Source of the DNA: an uncultured Eubacteriales bacterium
Lineage (GTDB): Bacteria; Bacillota; Clostridia; Oscillospirales; CAG-272
DNA length: 38,741 bases
Direction: 5' to 3'
Assembly (NCBI GenBank): GCA_900554225.1
Contig: USGH01000002.1
Location: 1-38,741, forward strand
Shown: in pieces, positions 24,977 through 33,888 of the stretch
How the letters are laid out: each line of letters starts with the position of its first letter
Position numbering within the stretch: the stretch's first letter is position 1
The notes under the pieces: generated by a model
Databases searched by the model: none
Told to the model about the DNA's origin: nothing
What the model saw: the letters and a program-made list of their open reading frames with translations, nothing else
Translations under genes and position numbers: made by a program

Positions 24977-25804
24977 TTAGAATTTGCCGCCGCCTCCGCC
25001 ATGGGTCGTGCCGGAAGACGAGGTGTGCGTACTGCTTCCGCCGCTAGAGCTATTGTTTTTCGGCTTCTGCGTTCTTGTGACACTGCGGTACAAAAACATT
25101 TCCCGACTGTCGTTAATATTCAAAGTTCCGGGTTTGATGTAGCTGTCCGCTGCTGCCTGAGTGCGGACGGTGACGAGCTTCGCTTTCATCTTACCAACTG
25201 TGGTGCAGGACAGTATCAGACCGACAATAAGGCTGACAAGTATCCAGGCGGGCGACAGAGGCTCGCGCGGGAGACTACCGATGTCATAAGGCTTATCGGT
25301 CTTTGCCTGTGTGATGAATTCGTCGCACAGAGTGATGTACGTCGCGAAAGCCCCGGCAAAATCACTGTCAGACAGATACGGTACTATCTGCTTCCCAATA
25401 TATTCGATTCCGGCGTCAGTGAATACGGTGATTCCGTAGCCACAGGTCGAGATATACCAGTCGTTGTCCTCCATACTGATGACAAGGATCAGTCCATCGC
25501 GATTCGCGCCGTAACCGAAGCTGCAATAGTCGTAGAGATCGTCCGCGTATTCGACTACGCTTTTTCCGTCGAGCGTATCTGTCGTCGCTATGACCACATC
25601 CATTTTCTGGCGCAGGCTGAGTTCATCGAGTCTCGAGGTCAGCGAGTCGACCTCCTCGTCCGATAACAGGGACGCCATATCCAGGAGTCTGTAGTATTCG
25701 TCCGCGAATCCATTCTCCGCATCTTCGCCTTCCGCGAGTACCGGTACGACCATGAACAGGCAGAGAAATATGGTCAGAATAGGAATTAGTAAGTTCTTTT
25801 TCAT
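24977..25804 (-). CDS. TPM-domain (TLP18.3/Psb32/MOLO-1, YgcG/YdjH-like) membrane protein with Gly/Ser-rich tail
   Basis: Start at ATG 25804 (SD GAGGAGG). Signal/TM segment. LLDMASLLSDEEVDSLTSRLDELSLRQKMDVVIATTDTLDGKSVVEYADDLYDY...NRDGLILVISMEDNDWYISTCGYG is a textbook TPM domain. A C-terminal TM segment is followed by the tail SSSGGSSTHTSSSGTTHGGGGGKF. Confidence 0.9.
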   Translation of the reverse strand: MKKNLLIPILTIFLCLFMVVPVLAEGEDAENGFADEYYRLLDMASLLSDEEVDSLTSRLDELSLRQKMDVVIATTDTLDGKSVVEYADDLYDYCSFGYGANRDGLILVISMEDNDWYISTCGYGITVFTDAGIEYIGKQIVPYLSDSDFAGAFATYITLCDEFITQAKTDKPYDIGSLPREPLSPAWILVSLIVGLILSCTTVGKMKAKLVTVRTQAAADSYIKPGTLNINDSREMFLYRSVTRTQKPKNNSSSGGSSTHTSSSGTTHGGGGGKF

Positions 25805-25814
25805 CTCTGCCTCC

Positions 25815-26909
25815 TCAGAATAACCCTGCAAGGTGCAGCAGCCAGACCGCCGCGTATGTTGCGACGCCGTATATAGCAGTCAAAAGCAGTGTCCATTTTA
25901 CCGCCGCTGATTTGTCGACAGGAAGGTCACCTACGAATTTGCCGGTCTGTCCGTTCATTGCGAAGGTGTATTTACTGCCGTTCCACGTGGTATTCAGGAT
26001 CCACACCGGATAGAGCGCGTATTTTGCCTTGCCGCCGCTGTATTGAACGTGTGTGCTTTCAGCCAGAACCGTTGAGTAGCCCGCGACGGTAGCCGCAAAC
26101 GCAAGCTCCGTGGAACGCTTTACACGGTCGTTTGCGCGATCGATGCTTTGCTCAGCATTAACGTCGTATTTGTCAGCGAGATACCCGGCAAGATACGCAG
26201 TCTGGAAGTCCACTGCACCCTCGTAGCGGTAGGGCTCGACGGACTCCATTAGATCGTCCGGCATTTTTGACGAGCCGTCAACGGGAACGTGTTCAAAGCT
26301 TAGATTTCCGCCACGATGGATCATATAGTAGCTGGTTTCTGTGTAGTTATAATCGCCGGAGCTCCATGTGCGCACCTTGGTTGCACGGTATCGCACCTGT
26401 GCGTCTACATCTGTATCGAAAAGCCAGAACGGTACATACACACCCTTGATCTCGTCGATGTGGTTCTGATCCTTGAATATCTTTGGAAGCAGCAGTTTTC
26501 CTTTCAGATGCTTCAGAAGTCCCGCCTTTGCCGCATTTTTGTCCAGCTGGAAAGGGATCACGAGATCCGGTCTGAGATAACCCGCAAATTGCCCCATCAT
26601 TACTACGGGATTACCGCAGAAGGGACAGGAAGTAGCCGCCATATTTGCATCCCCGACGATTTCGCCGCCGCAGGATTTACAAACATACGATCGCAGTCCG
26701 TCCGTCTCGCCATCATTCCATTCGGTTCCGGCAGAGGTATCCCATGTCATATTGTCCGCCTGCTCGCCCTTGAGTTCGGCGTCGTAGCTCTTGAGTGCCT
26801 CCAGTTCGAATTCGGTGTCGCAGAAAGGACACTTCATTTTCTGGAGTGTGCTGTCAAATGCAATCGCACCACCGCAACAGGGGCATTTATACTCCTGTAA
26901 TGTATCCAT
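25815..26909 (-). CDS. Double zinc-ribbon membrane protein (B. subtilis YdjG-like architecture)
   Basis: Start at ATG 26909 (SD AAGGAG, 7 nt upstream). Two ribbons: CPCCGG..(14)..CPFC and CKSCGG..(13)..CPFCGN. A ~200-aa conserved domain follows, then a C-terminal TM segment (WTLLLTAIYGVATYAAVWLLHLAGLF). Confidence 0.85.
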   Translation of the reverse strand: MDTLQEYKCPCCGGAIAFDSTLQKMKCPFCDTEFELEALKSYDAELKGEQADNMTWDTSAGTEWNDGETDGLRSYVCKSCGGEIVGDANMAATSCPFCGNPVVMMGQFAGYLRPDLVIPFQLDKNAAKAGLLKHLKGKLLLPKIFKDQNHIDEIKGVYVPFWLFDTDVDAQVRYRATKVRTWSSGDYNYTETSYYMIHRGGNLSFEHVPVDGSSKMPDDLMESVEPYRYEGAVDFQTAYLAGYLADKYDVNAEQSIDRANDRVKRSTELAFAATVAGYSTVLAESTHVQYSGGKAKYALYPVWILNTTWNGSKYTFAMNGQTGKFVGDLPVDKSAAVKWTLLLTAIYGVATYAAVWLLHLAGLF

Positions 26910-26958
26910 CAAGTTTCTCCTTGCCCATCGCGGGCATTTTTAATGTGAGATCGAAACT

Positions 26959-27717
26959 TTATCCGGGAAATGCCGCCAAAGCTTCGTCGGCACGGCGTAT
27001 GAGTTCGGTACGGTCGCCATAGATAGCGGCGTCCAAAGATGTAATTGCTTCTCCAACCTTTTCCGATGCATCGACGTCTCCGCGAATTGCCGCGCTGACA
27101 CCTGCCGCCGCACTCTTAATCGCCGCTGCCTGTGCCTTCCAAACGTTTGATGCGTTGCCGAGTGTCTTCTGAACTCCGAAGAGCGTGTCGAAATACTTCT
27201 GCAGCTTCTCGAATGCCTTTATGTTGCTCATCTCGACGGAGATTTCGCTCAATCCTTCTGTGTTGATGAATGCCATGCGGACGAAGGATTTCTTTTGCGG
27301 TTTGCTGTCACCGCCGCTGTTCTCTATGCGTTCCTCATAGTTGTACGCGCGGAGATCGGCAATGCGGTAGACGCAGGCGCGAGTGGTCTTTCCGAACATC
27401 ATGAACTTGTAATCGTTCTGGATGTACGCCATCAGTCCGATGTCCTCAGCAACGTACAACGGAGAACCGAACCTTTTAAGTTTCTTTGTTTTGTCTTTAA
27501 TCTTCTTTCGAGGAACAAAATAATGCTCCCACAGCTTTGTGCCGCGCTCCACTTGAGCGAGGTGCGCTTGGACTCCGTAAAGATTCGCATGCACGTAGTC
27601 GTAGACCTTGAAGCCCTTTTTACGGCAGGTCTTGCGGCAGATGCAGTTCCCGTCTGCAAGCTTCTGTGTCTGGAACAGATTGATTTCCGCTCCGCAAATC
27701 GCACACTTGTTAGCCAT
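26959..27717 (-). CDS. DUF4428-like N-terminal zinc-ribbon protein with helical C-terminus
   Basis: MANKCAICGAEINLFQTQKLADGNCICRKTC shows the CxxC...DGxxC.C pattern. SD AAGGAG. Confidence 0.8.
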   Translation of the reverse strand: MANKCAICGAEINLFQTQKLADGNCICRKTCRKKGFKVYDYVHANLYGVQAHLAQVERGTKLWEHYFVPRKKIKDKTKKLKRFGSPLYVAEDIGLMAYIQNDYKFMMFGKTTRACVYRIADLRAYNYEERIENSGGDSKPQKKSFVRMAFINTEGLSEISVEMSNIKAFEKLQKYFDTLFGVQKTLGNASNVWKAQAAAIKSAAAGVSAAIRGDVDASEKVGEAITSLDAAIYGDRTELIRRADEALAAFPG

Positions 27718-27753
27718 GATAGTTCTCCTTTTTTATTTACCGACAGAGTCGGC

Positions 27754-29025
27754 TTATTTTTTGTTTTTACTACCCGCAAGGGAATAGAATGCGTTGGATA
27801 AGTCGCTGCCCGCATTTATCGGGGCGTGTATTGAGCTGCCGTCCGAAAAAACAAACGATGTGCTGTATGTTGTATCGTCAAGGGCGTATATGTCGCTTTC
27901 CGGCGGTTCTTCATACGACAGAACCTCGCTTATGAGACTTTGTTCCCTGACTATTCGGAGTATTTCCTCTGCTTCTTCGGCGTTGACAGGAAGCTTTTCC
28001 GCATTTGTGTGGTATCCTTCCCAATCTATCGCGCAGTCGAAGGACAGAAACCAATTGCCATTCGCTTTTTCGAGACTGAATGAGTATGAGGAGGAATGAT
28101 CCATGCAGCTACGGCTGATGTTTACCTCAGTTAGGAGTTCCGCCCCGACAAGCCCGTAAAAGCAGCCGATGAGCTCATCCGGCGCGGGGAGGGAAGAGTT
28201 AATCCTGTTTCCGTCGGCAAGGCTGAAATCCGTTATAAACACATTCCGGTCGGTAATACCGTCGATATCCTCCGGCGGCTCGGCATATCCGCTTGCCTTG
28301 GAAATCAGGTCATATTTCGCTATAATCCTGATCACATCGTCTGTCTCCTCATCTGACACACGGACATTTTCAGCTTTTACAGGCAAGCTCTCCTCTCCAA
28401 AGGAGCATTCAAATGAAAAGTACCAGCGGTCGCCGTCTTTTTTCAGAGTGAAGGAATGCGAGCGCCATGGTTCGGTATCCTTTAGACGGATAAATACCGA
28501 GGTGAGCTCATTCTTTATCGCTATCAGCTCGGCTTTTTCAGCGGCTTCATAGTGTCTGTCGGCAAGGTCGCGCATGCAGTCAATAGCCCTGTCGCAAAGC
28601 TCGGTTTCTTTATCAATGCTGTTTCCGTCGATGAAGGTCATTCCGGAGCTGCGCGTCGGTGCATCGGCTATGTGGAAGATATGTATCGGATTGCGGTATT
28701 TCCGCAGCCGCTCTATCTCGCCTTCCTCACGGATGATCTCAAGGATTTCCTCCGCTTCCTCAGTCGGTATCGGGAAGGAACTGAAGGATGTGTAATAGTC
28801 CTCCCGGCTCTTTACCCGGCAGCTTGCGGAGAAGAGCCAGTTTTCATCCTGTTTTTGCAGCGCGAAGGCATACACCGGATCGCTTTCCATGCCGTAGCAG
28901 GAGGTATGGAAAGAAATGATATCATCGACCGTGTGTTTTTTACTGCTTTCGCAGCCAAAGAGTCCGGACACTACAAGGAAAACAGACATTATTATCACCG
29001 CTCTTAATGGTAACTTACGCTTCAT
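27754..29025 (-). CDS. Lipoprotein built from three ~125-aa internal repeats
   Basis: Start at ATG 29025 (MKRKLPLRAVIIMSVFLVVSGLFGC lipobox), 4 nt after the upstream stop. The three modules each contain W(L/Y/F)FS(A/F)(S/E/D)C ... (EE)xxxI(L/I)xI(I/V) ... PPE. Confidence 0.85.
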   Translation of the reverse strand: MKRKLPLRAVIIMSVFLVVSGLFGCESSKKHTVDDIISFHTSCYGMESDPVYAFALQKQDENWLFSASCRVKSREDYYTSFSSFPIPTEEAEEILEIIREEGEIERLRKYRNPIHIFHIADAPTRSSGMTFIDGNSIDKETELCDRAIDCMRDLADRHYEAAEKAELIAIKNELTSVFIRLKDTEPWRSHSFTLKKDGDRWYFSFECSFGEESLPVKAENVRVSDEETDDVIRIIAKYDLISKASGYAEPPEDIDGITDRNVFITDFSLADGNRINSSLPAPDELIGCFYGLVGAELLTEVNISRSCMDHSSSYSFSLEKANGNWFLSFDCAIDWEGYHTNAEKLPVNAEEAEEILRIVREQSLISEVLSYEEPPESDIYALDDTTYSTSFVFSDGSSIHAPINAGSDLSNAFYSLAGSKNKK

Positions 29026-29029
29026 GTTC

Positions 29030-30058
29030 TCAGGACAGCGGTTTGCCGCACTCCGGGCAGAACTTCGGCGGCTTTGCCTGATTCTCCGGGGTGTAGCCGC
29101 AGGACGCACAGCGCACTGTCTTCGGAGCCGGTCTCGCGCATCCGCAGTTCTCGCAGAATTTTTTCGACTGACCCTCAGTCCCGCAGGAAGGGCAGACCCA
29201 CGTCTCATTGCCGGATGTCTGAGCCGCGGCAGCCTCAACAGGCGCGGGCTTGAGAGCTCCGCAGTTGTCGCAGAATTTTGCGCCGGTGGTCTTTGAGCCG
29301 CAGGAAGGGCAGACCCACTCCCCGCCGCTTGGCTGAGAGGTGGGCGCGGAATCGGGACGTTCGTCCTCATCGCGGATCTGATTCATCATTCCGTCGCCGT
29401 CAAAGACACGATGGAGATTGTCGCGGCGCATCAGTATATCCGCAAGCTCGTGCATTTTCTGCTCGTATTCGCGGTAGAGGTCGGTGAATCGGCTGTCAGG
29501 ACGGTTCCCGTCGCTCAGTTCAAGCTCGATCTCGTCAAACCATGGGGAATCAACGTGGATTGTGACATTGAACTCGTAGTCGCACTCGTAGCGGCGCGGA
29601 TTGTAGCTCTTCTCGTTGCCCTCGGAGTCCTTATAGAAGATCTCTTCCTTGTTCTCTCTGATGTCTGTTTCAACATTCCTGACCTGTGAGAAGCTGATCA
29701 GATCCGGATTGCCGCCGCGCCAGTTTGAAAGCCTCGTGACGATGAAACGCTCACTTATCGGGTCAATATAAACTTTCTTGCTTCCGTCAAAGGTGACAGT
29801 CGGCAAGAAATCATCGAGCCGCTGTTTGTTCTCTTCGCGGTAGGCGAGCTGTTCCTTTATCTCAGCGACTGTCGAGTTCCTGCGGTCGCTGAAAAACGGG
29901 GAGAGCTTTCCGGCGCAGTCCTTGCAGAGATTGCCGTCCTCGAGCTTGCGGTTCCCGAGAAAACCGATCTTGGCACCGCAGACATCGCAGTATTTTTTGT
30001 CAAATAATCCTATTATAAGGATCCTCCTTGTTATTTGTCGGTCGTCAGCATGACCCAT
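29030..30058 (-). CDS. DUF4428-like protein with three C-terminal zinc ribbons
   Basis: GLFDKKYCDVCGAKIGFLGNRKLEDGNLCKDCAGKLSPFFSDRR. The tail is WVCPSCG..KFCDNCG, WVCPSCG..KFCENCG and CASCG...PPKFCPECG. The start is uncertain: the only ATG (30058) lies inside the upstream gene without an SD, whereas AAGGAGG (30029-30023) precedes ATA-ATA-GGA (see findings). Confidence 0.8.
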   Translation of the reverse strand: MGHADDRQITRRILIIGLFDKKYCDVCGAKIGFLGNRKLEDGNLCKDCAGKLSPFFSDRRNSTVAEIKEQLAYREENKQRLDDFLPTVTFDGSKKVYIDPISERFIVTRLSNWRGGNPDLISFSQVRNVETDIRENKEEIFYKDSEGNEKSYNPRRYECDYEFNVTIHVDSPWFDEIELELSDGNRPDSRFTDLYREYEQKMHELADILMRRDNLHRVFDGDGMMNQIRDEDERPDSAPTSQPSGGEWVCPSCGSKTTGAKFCDNCGALKPAPVEAAAAQTSGNETWVCPSCGTEGQSKKFCENCGCARPAPKTVRCASCGYTPENQAKPPKFCPECGKPLS

Positions 30059-31335
30059 TTGGCGTTATCCGCATCAAGACTGTATCCACAGAACGAACAG
30101 CAGTGTTTCTCATCCGGAATGAAATTGGCCCCGCAGGACGGACAGTCCTTTTCGATGAAGAGCTTTCCGTCCGTCTTTCTTTTATCAGGATGTCTTGCTC
30201 TTTGCAGATTGAGCGTTCTTCTGATTTTTTTTGTGTATGGTTTTTTATTATCAGGAAGATATGTCTCGCTTCCGTAAACGTCGGCGGTTATCGTGGTTGT
30301 GTCCTCTGTGTTGACGACTTTTTTAAGAATAATCGTCCCTACGCTGTAGTCAAGCAGCTCATCGCTGCCGGCGTCCTTGTAAAGCGCCTCGTTTATGCAG
30401 GAGCGGAGGTAGTTTTCCGAATAAAGGTCAATCCGCTTCGTCAGCTTATCATGTCTCAGCTTCCGGGCAAAAGCCAGAGCCGTCAGTGCCGCGAGCGTCA
30501 GAATCGCCGTGCCAACGCCTGCCGACAGGGATACCTCGGTATCCTTTATCAGGTAGAGACAGAGAAATACGGAGAGAAACAGTATCGTCATACACCCGAG
30601 CAGCAGAAGAAACTTTCTGAGATTGTTCCCGATGTGCTCGTAAATCTCAAAAACCTCGGTCTGCCAGTCGTAAAAATCCGTCTGAATCCTTGCGCCGCAG
30701 TATTCACAGACTACCTGCTGACTGCTGAGCGTGACCTCGGCGCCGCAGGATGGACAGATCACCTTGGTTTTTCCGGCGTAAAAGGTTTTCTTGCCGTCGC
30801 CGCGGTCAACCGTCTGGACATGCCGCGCCTGAAGGACTCGCAGACAGGCGTTCTTTCGGTAGATCTCGTGCTCGACCTCAGAGTTCGTCGCGGAAATCAG
30901 ACGCTCAAGCGCGCAGCACTCAAGCTCGGCTTCACGCCATTCTCTTCCGTCGTCCTCCCATGTCCGGAACTTAATTTTCTGTCCCGAACCGAGGTCAGTC
31001 ACGCGGATGTCCCGGTAAAGTCTGTGCCTTGCAAGACTGTCGATCTGACGCTCGATATTTCTCCGAAAGGTCTTATCCATTCTCGGCGGAAGCAGTTTTT
31101 TGTCCGCTTTTCCGAGAGGGATTAGAACATTTTCAAACGCACTACGGATGTTCCTTCGAAGTCCCATATCCGCAAGCGGCGTGTCGCGTTTTGCCAGAAG
31201 CCTTTTGTATTTCGCCTTTTTCCGGTTTTTCGCGAGGAAACACGAAAAATCGATATCTATGATCTTTTCGCCGATATAATACGCGCAAAGTACGGCGAAA
31301 GCCGCCGCTAGCCAGAATGCGTCTGACAGACTCAT
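30031..31335 (-). CDS. Polytopic membrane protein with two zinc ribbons
   Basis: An N-terminal TM segment, two central TM segments, and the ribbons CPSCGAEV..(9)..CEYCG and CPSCGANF..(6)..CSFCG. Confidence 0.8.
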   Translation of the reverse strand: MSLSDAFWLAAAFAVLCAYYIGEKIIDIDFSCFLAKNRKKAKYKRLLAKRDTPLADMGLRRNIRSAFENVLIPLGKADKKLLPPRMDKTFRRNIERQIDSLARHRLYRDIRVTDLGSGQKIKFRTWEDDGREWREAELECCALERLISATNSEVEHEIYRKNACLRVLQARHVQTVDRGDGKKTFYAGKTKVICPSCGAEVTLSSQQVVCEYCGARIQTDFYDWQTEVFEIYEHIGNNLRKFLLLLGCMTILFLSVFLCLYLIKDTEVSLSAGVGTAILTLAALTALAFARKLRHDKLTKRIDLYSENYLRSCINEALYKDAGSDELLDYSVGTIILKKVVNTEDTTTITADVYGSETYLPDNKKPYTKKIRRTLNLQRARHPDKRKTDGKLFIEKDCPSCGANFIPDEKHCCSFCGYSLDADNAKWVMLTTDK

Positions 31336-31337
31336 AA

Positions 31338-31844
31338 CTACCTCTTGTTCTTGTTATTGCCGCTTTCTTCTGCAGCTTCATCTTTCTTGTCCGGGGTCAC
31401 GACGCTGTGTATCATCACCGGAGTCAGAAAACCGCCGACTACAATAGCCGCACAGTAAAGAAGGAAATCAACAGGATTGCGTTCAGGTGTGAGCTTATAC
31501 ACGCCCTTTTTGGTCCGGTATACCTCGACCGTGACCTTATCGCCTTTGCTTATTTCTCTGTAGAAAATATCTTTTCCGGTGTAGGTCTTTCCGTCGACAT
31601 CAAATGACAGCTTAGCCTCGTACTTCCAGTCGGTTGTGTAGCCTTCGCTGTCCTTTATCGGGATTAACTCGTAATCCTTAACGACCGCGCTGACCTTCCG
31701 CACGTCGTCGGAATTCTTGTACTCATGACTTGCGATCCTGCTTGAGACAACGCCCCAGACGCCAGCCACAAACAAGGCAAGAAAGAGCAGCACCGCCAGA
31801 TAAGAGTATATGTCTTTCTTCGGGGGTGTCGTGGTTTCACTCAT
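31338..31844 (-). CDS. Two-TM membrane protein (DUF3592-like topology)
   Basis: TM segment, ~100-aa beta-rich loop (KDYELIPIKDSEGYTTDWKYEAKLSFDVDGKTYTG), second TM segment, Lys/Glu tail. TAATG overlap with the upstream gene. Confidence 0.8.
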   Translation of the reverse strand: MSETTTPPKKDIYSYLAVLLFLALFVAGVWGVVSSRIASHEYKNSDDVRKVSAVVKDYELIPIKDSEGYTTDWKYEAKLSFDVDGKTYTGKDIFYREISKGDKVTVEVYRTKKGVYKLTPERNPVDFLLYCAAIVVGGFLTPVMIHSVVTPDKKDEAAEESGNNKNKR

Positions 31845-32401
31845 TATGACTCCTCCTCTTCAGAGTCGGGCAGAAGGGACTTGAGAAGCTCGTAAAGGGC
31901 TTTTTCGCCACTTCCGTCGTATTTCACGGATATACTGCCGCCGTCCGCTGTTTTCCAGCATACAGAAAGGCAGCTGCCGGTTTCGTCGTATATCGCTTCA
32001 TTGCCGTGCCGTACCGGGGGAGGACTGTGTCTGCAACCCCGGAGACACCGCTCGATACTATGCCATTGTTCATTGATAAGCGGGACATCCTTACGCTCGA
32101 TATGTCTGTCGTTTTCAGGGACGACATATTTTCCGGAGATGTAACAGCCGTCCTCGTCACACGACAGGTTGAAGACGAAGCACTCGTATTCGTTTGACGC
32201 GCTCTGTCCCCAGTTGAGACTGTAAAGCACAGCATCATAGGGGATCTCCGGCAGTCCGGTTCTGATTGGTGGGATTTCCTTTTTCTTCCCGTGCCAATCC
32301 ATGATCTTAATCATATCGGAATTCCGCCGGAGCAGAACATCCGCCGCTCCGACGGCACACAGAATCAGAATCACAGACAGGATAATGATCAGAACCTTCA
32401 C
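31844..32401 (-). CDS. N-terminally anchored hypothetical protein (185 aa), GTG start
   Basis: MKVLIIILSVILILCAVGAA anchor. The body weakly resembles one repeat module of the 27754-29025 lipoprotein. Confidence 0.7.
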   Translation of the reverse strand: MKVLIIILSVILILCAVGAADVLLRRNSDMIKIMDWHGKKKEIPPIRTGLPEIPYDAVLYSLNWGQSASNEYECFVFNLSCDEDGCYISGKYVVPENDRHIERKDVPLINEQWHSIERCLRGCRHSPPPVRHGNEAIYDETGSCLSVCWKTADGGSISVKYDGSGEKALYELLKSLLPDSEEEES

Positions 32402-32409
32402 TGCCTTAT

Positions 32410-33825
32410 TTACTTACGGTCGTTTTCGTCGAACAGATCGCCGCACTCAGGGCAGAATTTTGGCGGATGAGCCGGATCCTCGGGCTCCCAGCCGCACTTG
32501 TCGCAGCGGTAGAGCGGAGCGCCCTCAGGCTTCTTTGAACCGCAGTTCTGGCAGAATTTTCCCTTGTTCACAGTGCCGCAGGAGCAGGTCCAGCCGTCTT
32601 CAGCCGGTTTCGGAGAACCGCACTCGGGGCAGAACTTTCCGGTCGCCGTAGCGCCGCACTTGCACTTCCACGCGCCTGCCTGAACCGGTTCGGGTTTCTT
32701 CGCGCCGCACTCGGGACAGAACTTACCGGTGGCGGTAGCGCCGCAGGAGCACTTCCAGCCTTCAGCCGCGGGAGCCGCTGCCGGTGCCTGCTGAGCCTGC
32801 TGCTGTTGCTGCTGCTGACCCATCGCGAACAGATTCTGCGCGTTCATTCCGCCGCCTCCGGCGTTCATAGCCATGCCCATTCCCATGAATCCGGTCATAG
32901 CGCCCGCGGAGTTTCCGGCAGCGGTCTTCATAGCGTCAGCCTGTGCGCCGACGAGCGTAGCCGCAGCCATGGTCGGGTCGCGCATGATAGCCGTGCGCTG
33001 AGCCTGTTTGATGAGTTCCTGATCCTCTTCGGGAAGAGTGACTGTCGACAGCGCGATGCTCACGACCTTGATGCCGCGGAGCGAGCCCCACTTCTCGGAG
33101 AGCGACTCATTCATCGCGTTTTCGAGGTCGGTGTTGTGCGACACGATCTGGTTCGGACGGAGCTCGAGATCGGAGAGCTTTCCGAATGCCGGTTGGAGGG
33201 CGGAGATGAACTCGCTCTTCAGCGTCGAATCAAGCTCGCTGCGCTCATAATCGCTTTCGACGTTTCCGCAGACGTTCTTGTAAAAGAGCATCGGGTCGGC
33301 AATCTTATAGGAATAGACGCCGGCACATCTTATCGAGACATCGATATCAAGTCCAATCTTGGAATCAACTACACGGAACGGAACCGGATTTGCCGTGCCG
33401 AACTTGTTATCGAGAATTTCCTTCATGTTGAAGTAGTAAACTCTTTGATCCTTACCGGGATCGCCGCCGTATGTAAAGCGTTTGCCGACCACCTTGAAGG
33501 TTTCCTTTATGCTATCGCCGAGATTTCCTGCAAAGATCGACGGCTCCGTCGAGTTGTCCCAGGTGAACTCACCCGGCTCCGCGCAGAACTCAACGATTTT
33601 GCCCTGCTCGACGATTATCATGCACTGTCCGTCAGCAACGGCGATGCCTGAACCGTTCGAGATGATATTGTCATTTCCCTTTGTGTTTGAGGAACGTCCG
33701 CTCACTCGCTTCTGCCCCTTCTTAACAAGTACCTCCTTAGGTATCGACTCACAGTAGAAAAATTCCTTCCACTGATCCGCGAGAGTTCCTCCGAGCGCAC
33801 CGATTCCTGCTTTGATAAGTCCCAT
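32410..33825 (-). CDS. SPFH/Band-7-type protein (YdjI / virion-core-protein-like) with Gly/Met/Gln-rich linker and four C-terminal zinc ribbons
   Basis: MGLIKAGIGALGGTLADQWKEFFYC... and ...VVSIALSTVTLPEEDQELIKQAQRTAIMRDP are characteristic of the YdjI-type SPFH family. A QQQQQQQAQQ linker follows. The ribbons are 3x W-x-C-x-CG..GKFC-x-x-CG plus a final CDKCG..PPKFCPECG. SD AAAGGAG. Confidence 0.85.
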   Translation of the reverse strand: MGLIKAGIGALGGTLADQWKEFFYCESIPKEVLVKKGQKRVSGRSSNTKGNDNIISNGSGIAVADGQCMIIVEQGKIVEFCAEPGEFTWDNSTEPSIFAGNLGDSIKETFKVVGKRFTYGGDPGKDQRVYYFNMKEILDNKFGTANPVPFRVVDSKIGLDIDVSIRCAGVYSYKIADPMLFYKNVCGNVESDYERSELDSTLKSEFISALQPAFGKLSDLELRPNQIVSHNTDLENAMNESLSEKWGSLRGIKVVSIALSTVTLPEEDQELIKQAQRTAIMRDPTMAAATLVGAQADAMKTAAGNSAGAMTGFMGMGMAMNAGGGGMNAQNLFAMGQQQQQQQAQQAPAAAPAAEGWKCSCGATATGKFCPECGAKKPEPVQAGAWKCKCGATATGKFCPECGSPKPAEDGWTCSCGTVNKGKFCQNCGSKKPEGAPLYRCDKCGWEPEDPAHPPKFCPECGDLFDENDRK

Positions 33826-33888
33826 AGTTATTTCTCCTTTCAGAATTTCAAATAATAATATGATTTGAATGTGTTATCATGAGCGATT

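Noticed and set aside
27754-29370. N-terminal 115-aa extension of the track ORF (MRTNVPIPRPPLSQ...)
   Set aside because: The extension is Arg/Pro/Ala-rich and overlaps the zinc-ribbon tail of the upstream gene in another frame. A canonical lipoprotein signal starts at ATG 29025, 4 nt after that gene's stop. For similar reasons I moved the starts of 12569-13807 to 13612, 23537-24931 to 24847, 24977-25831 to 25804, 33889-34767 to 34746 and 4063 to 4126.
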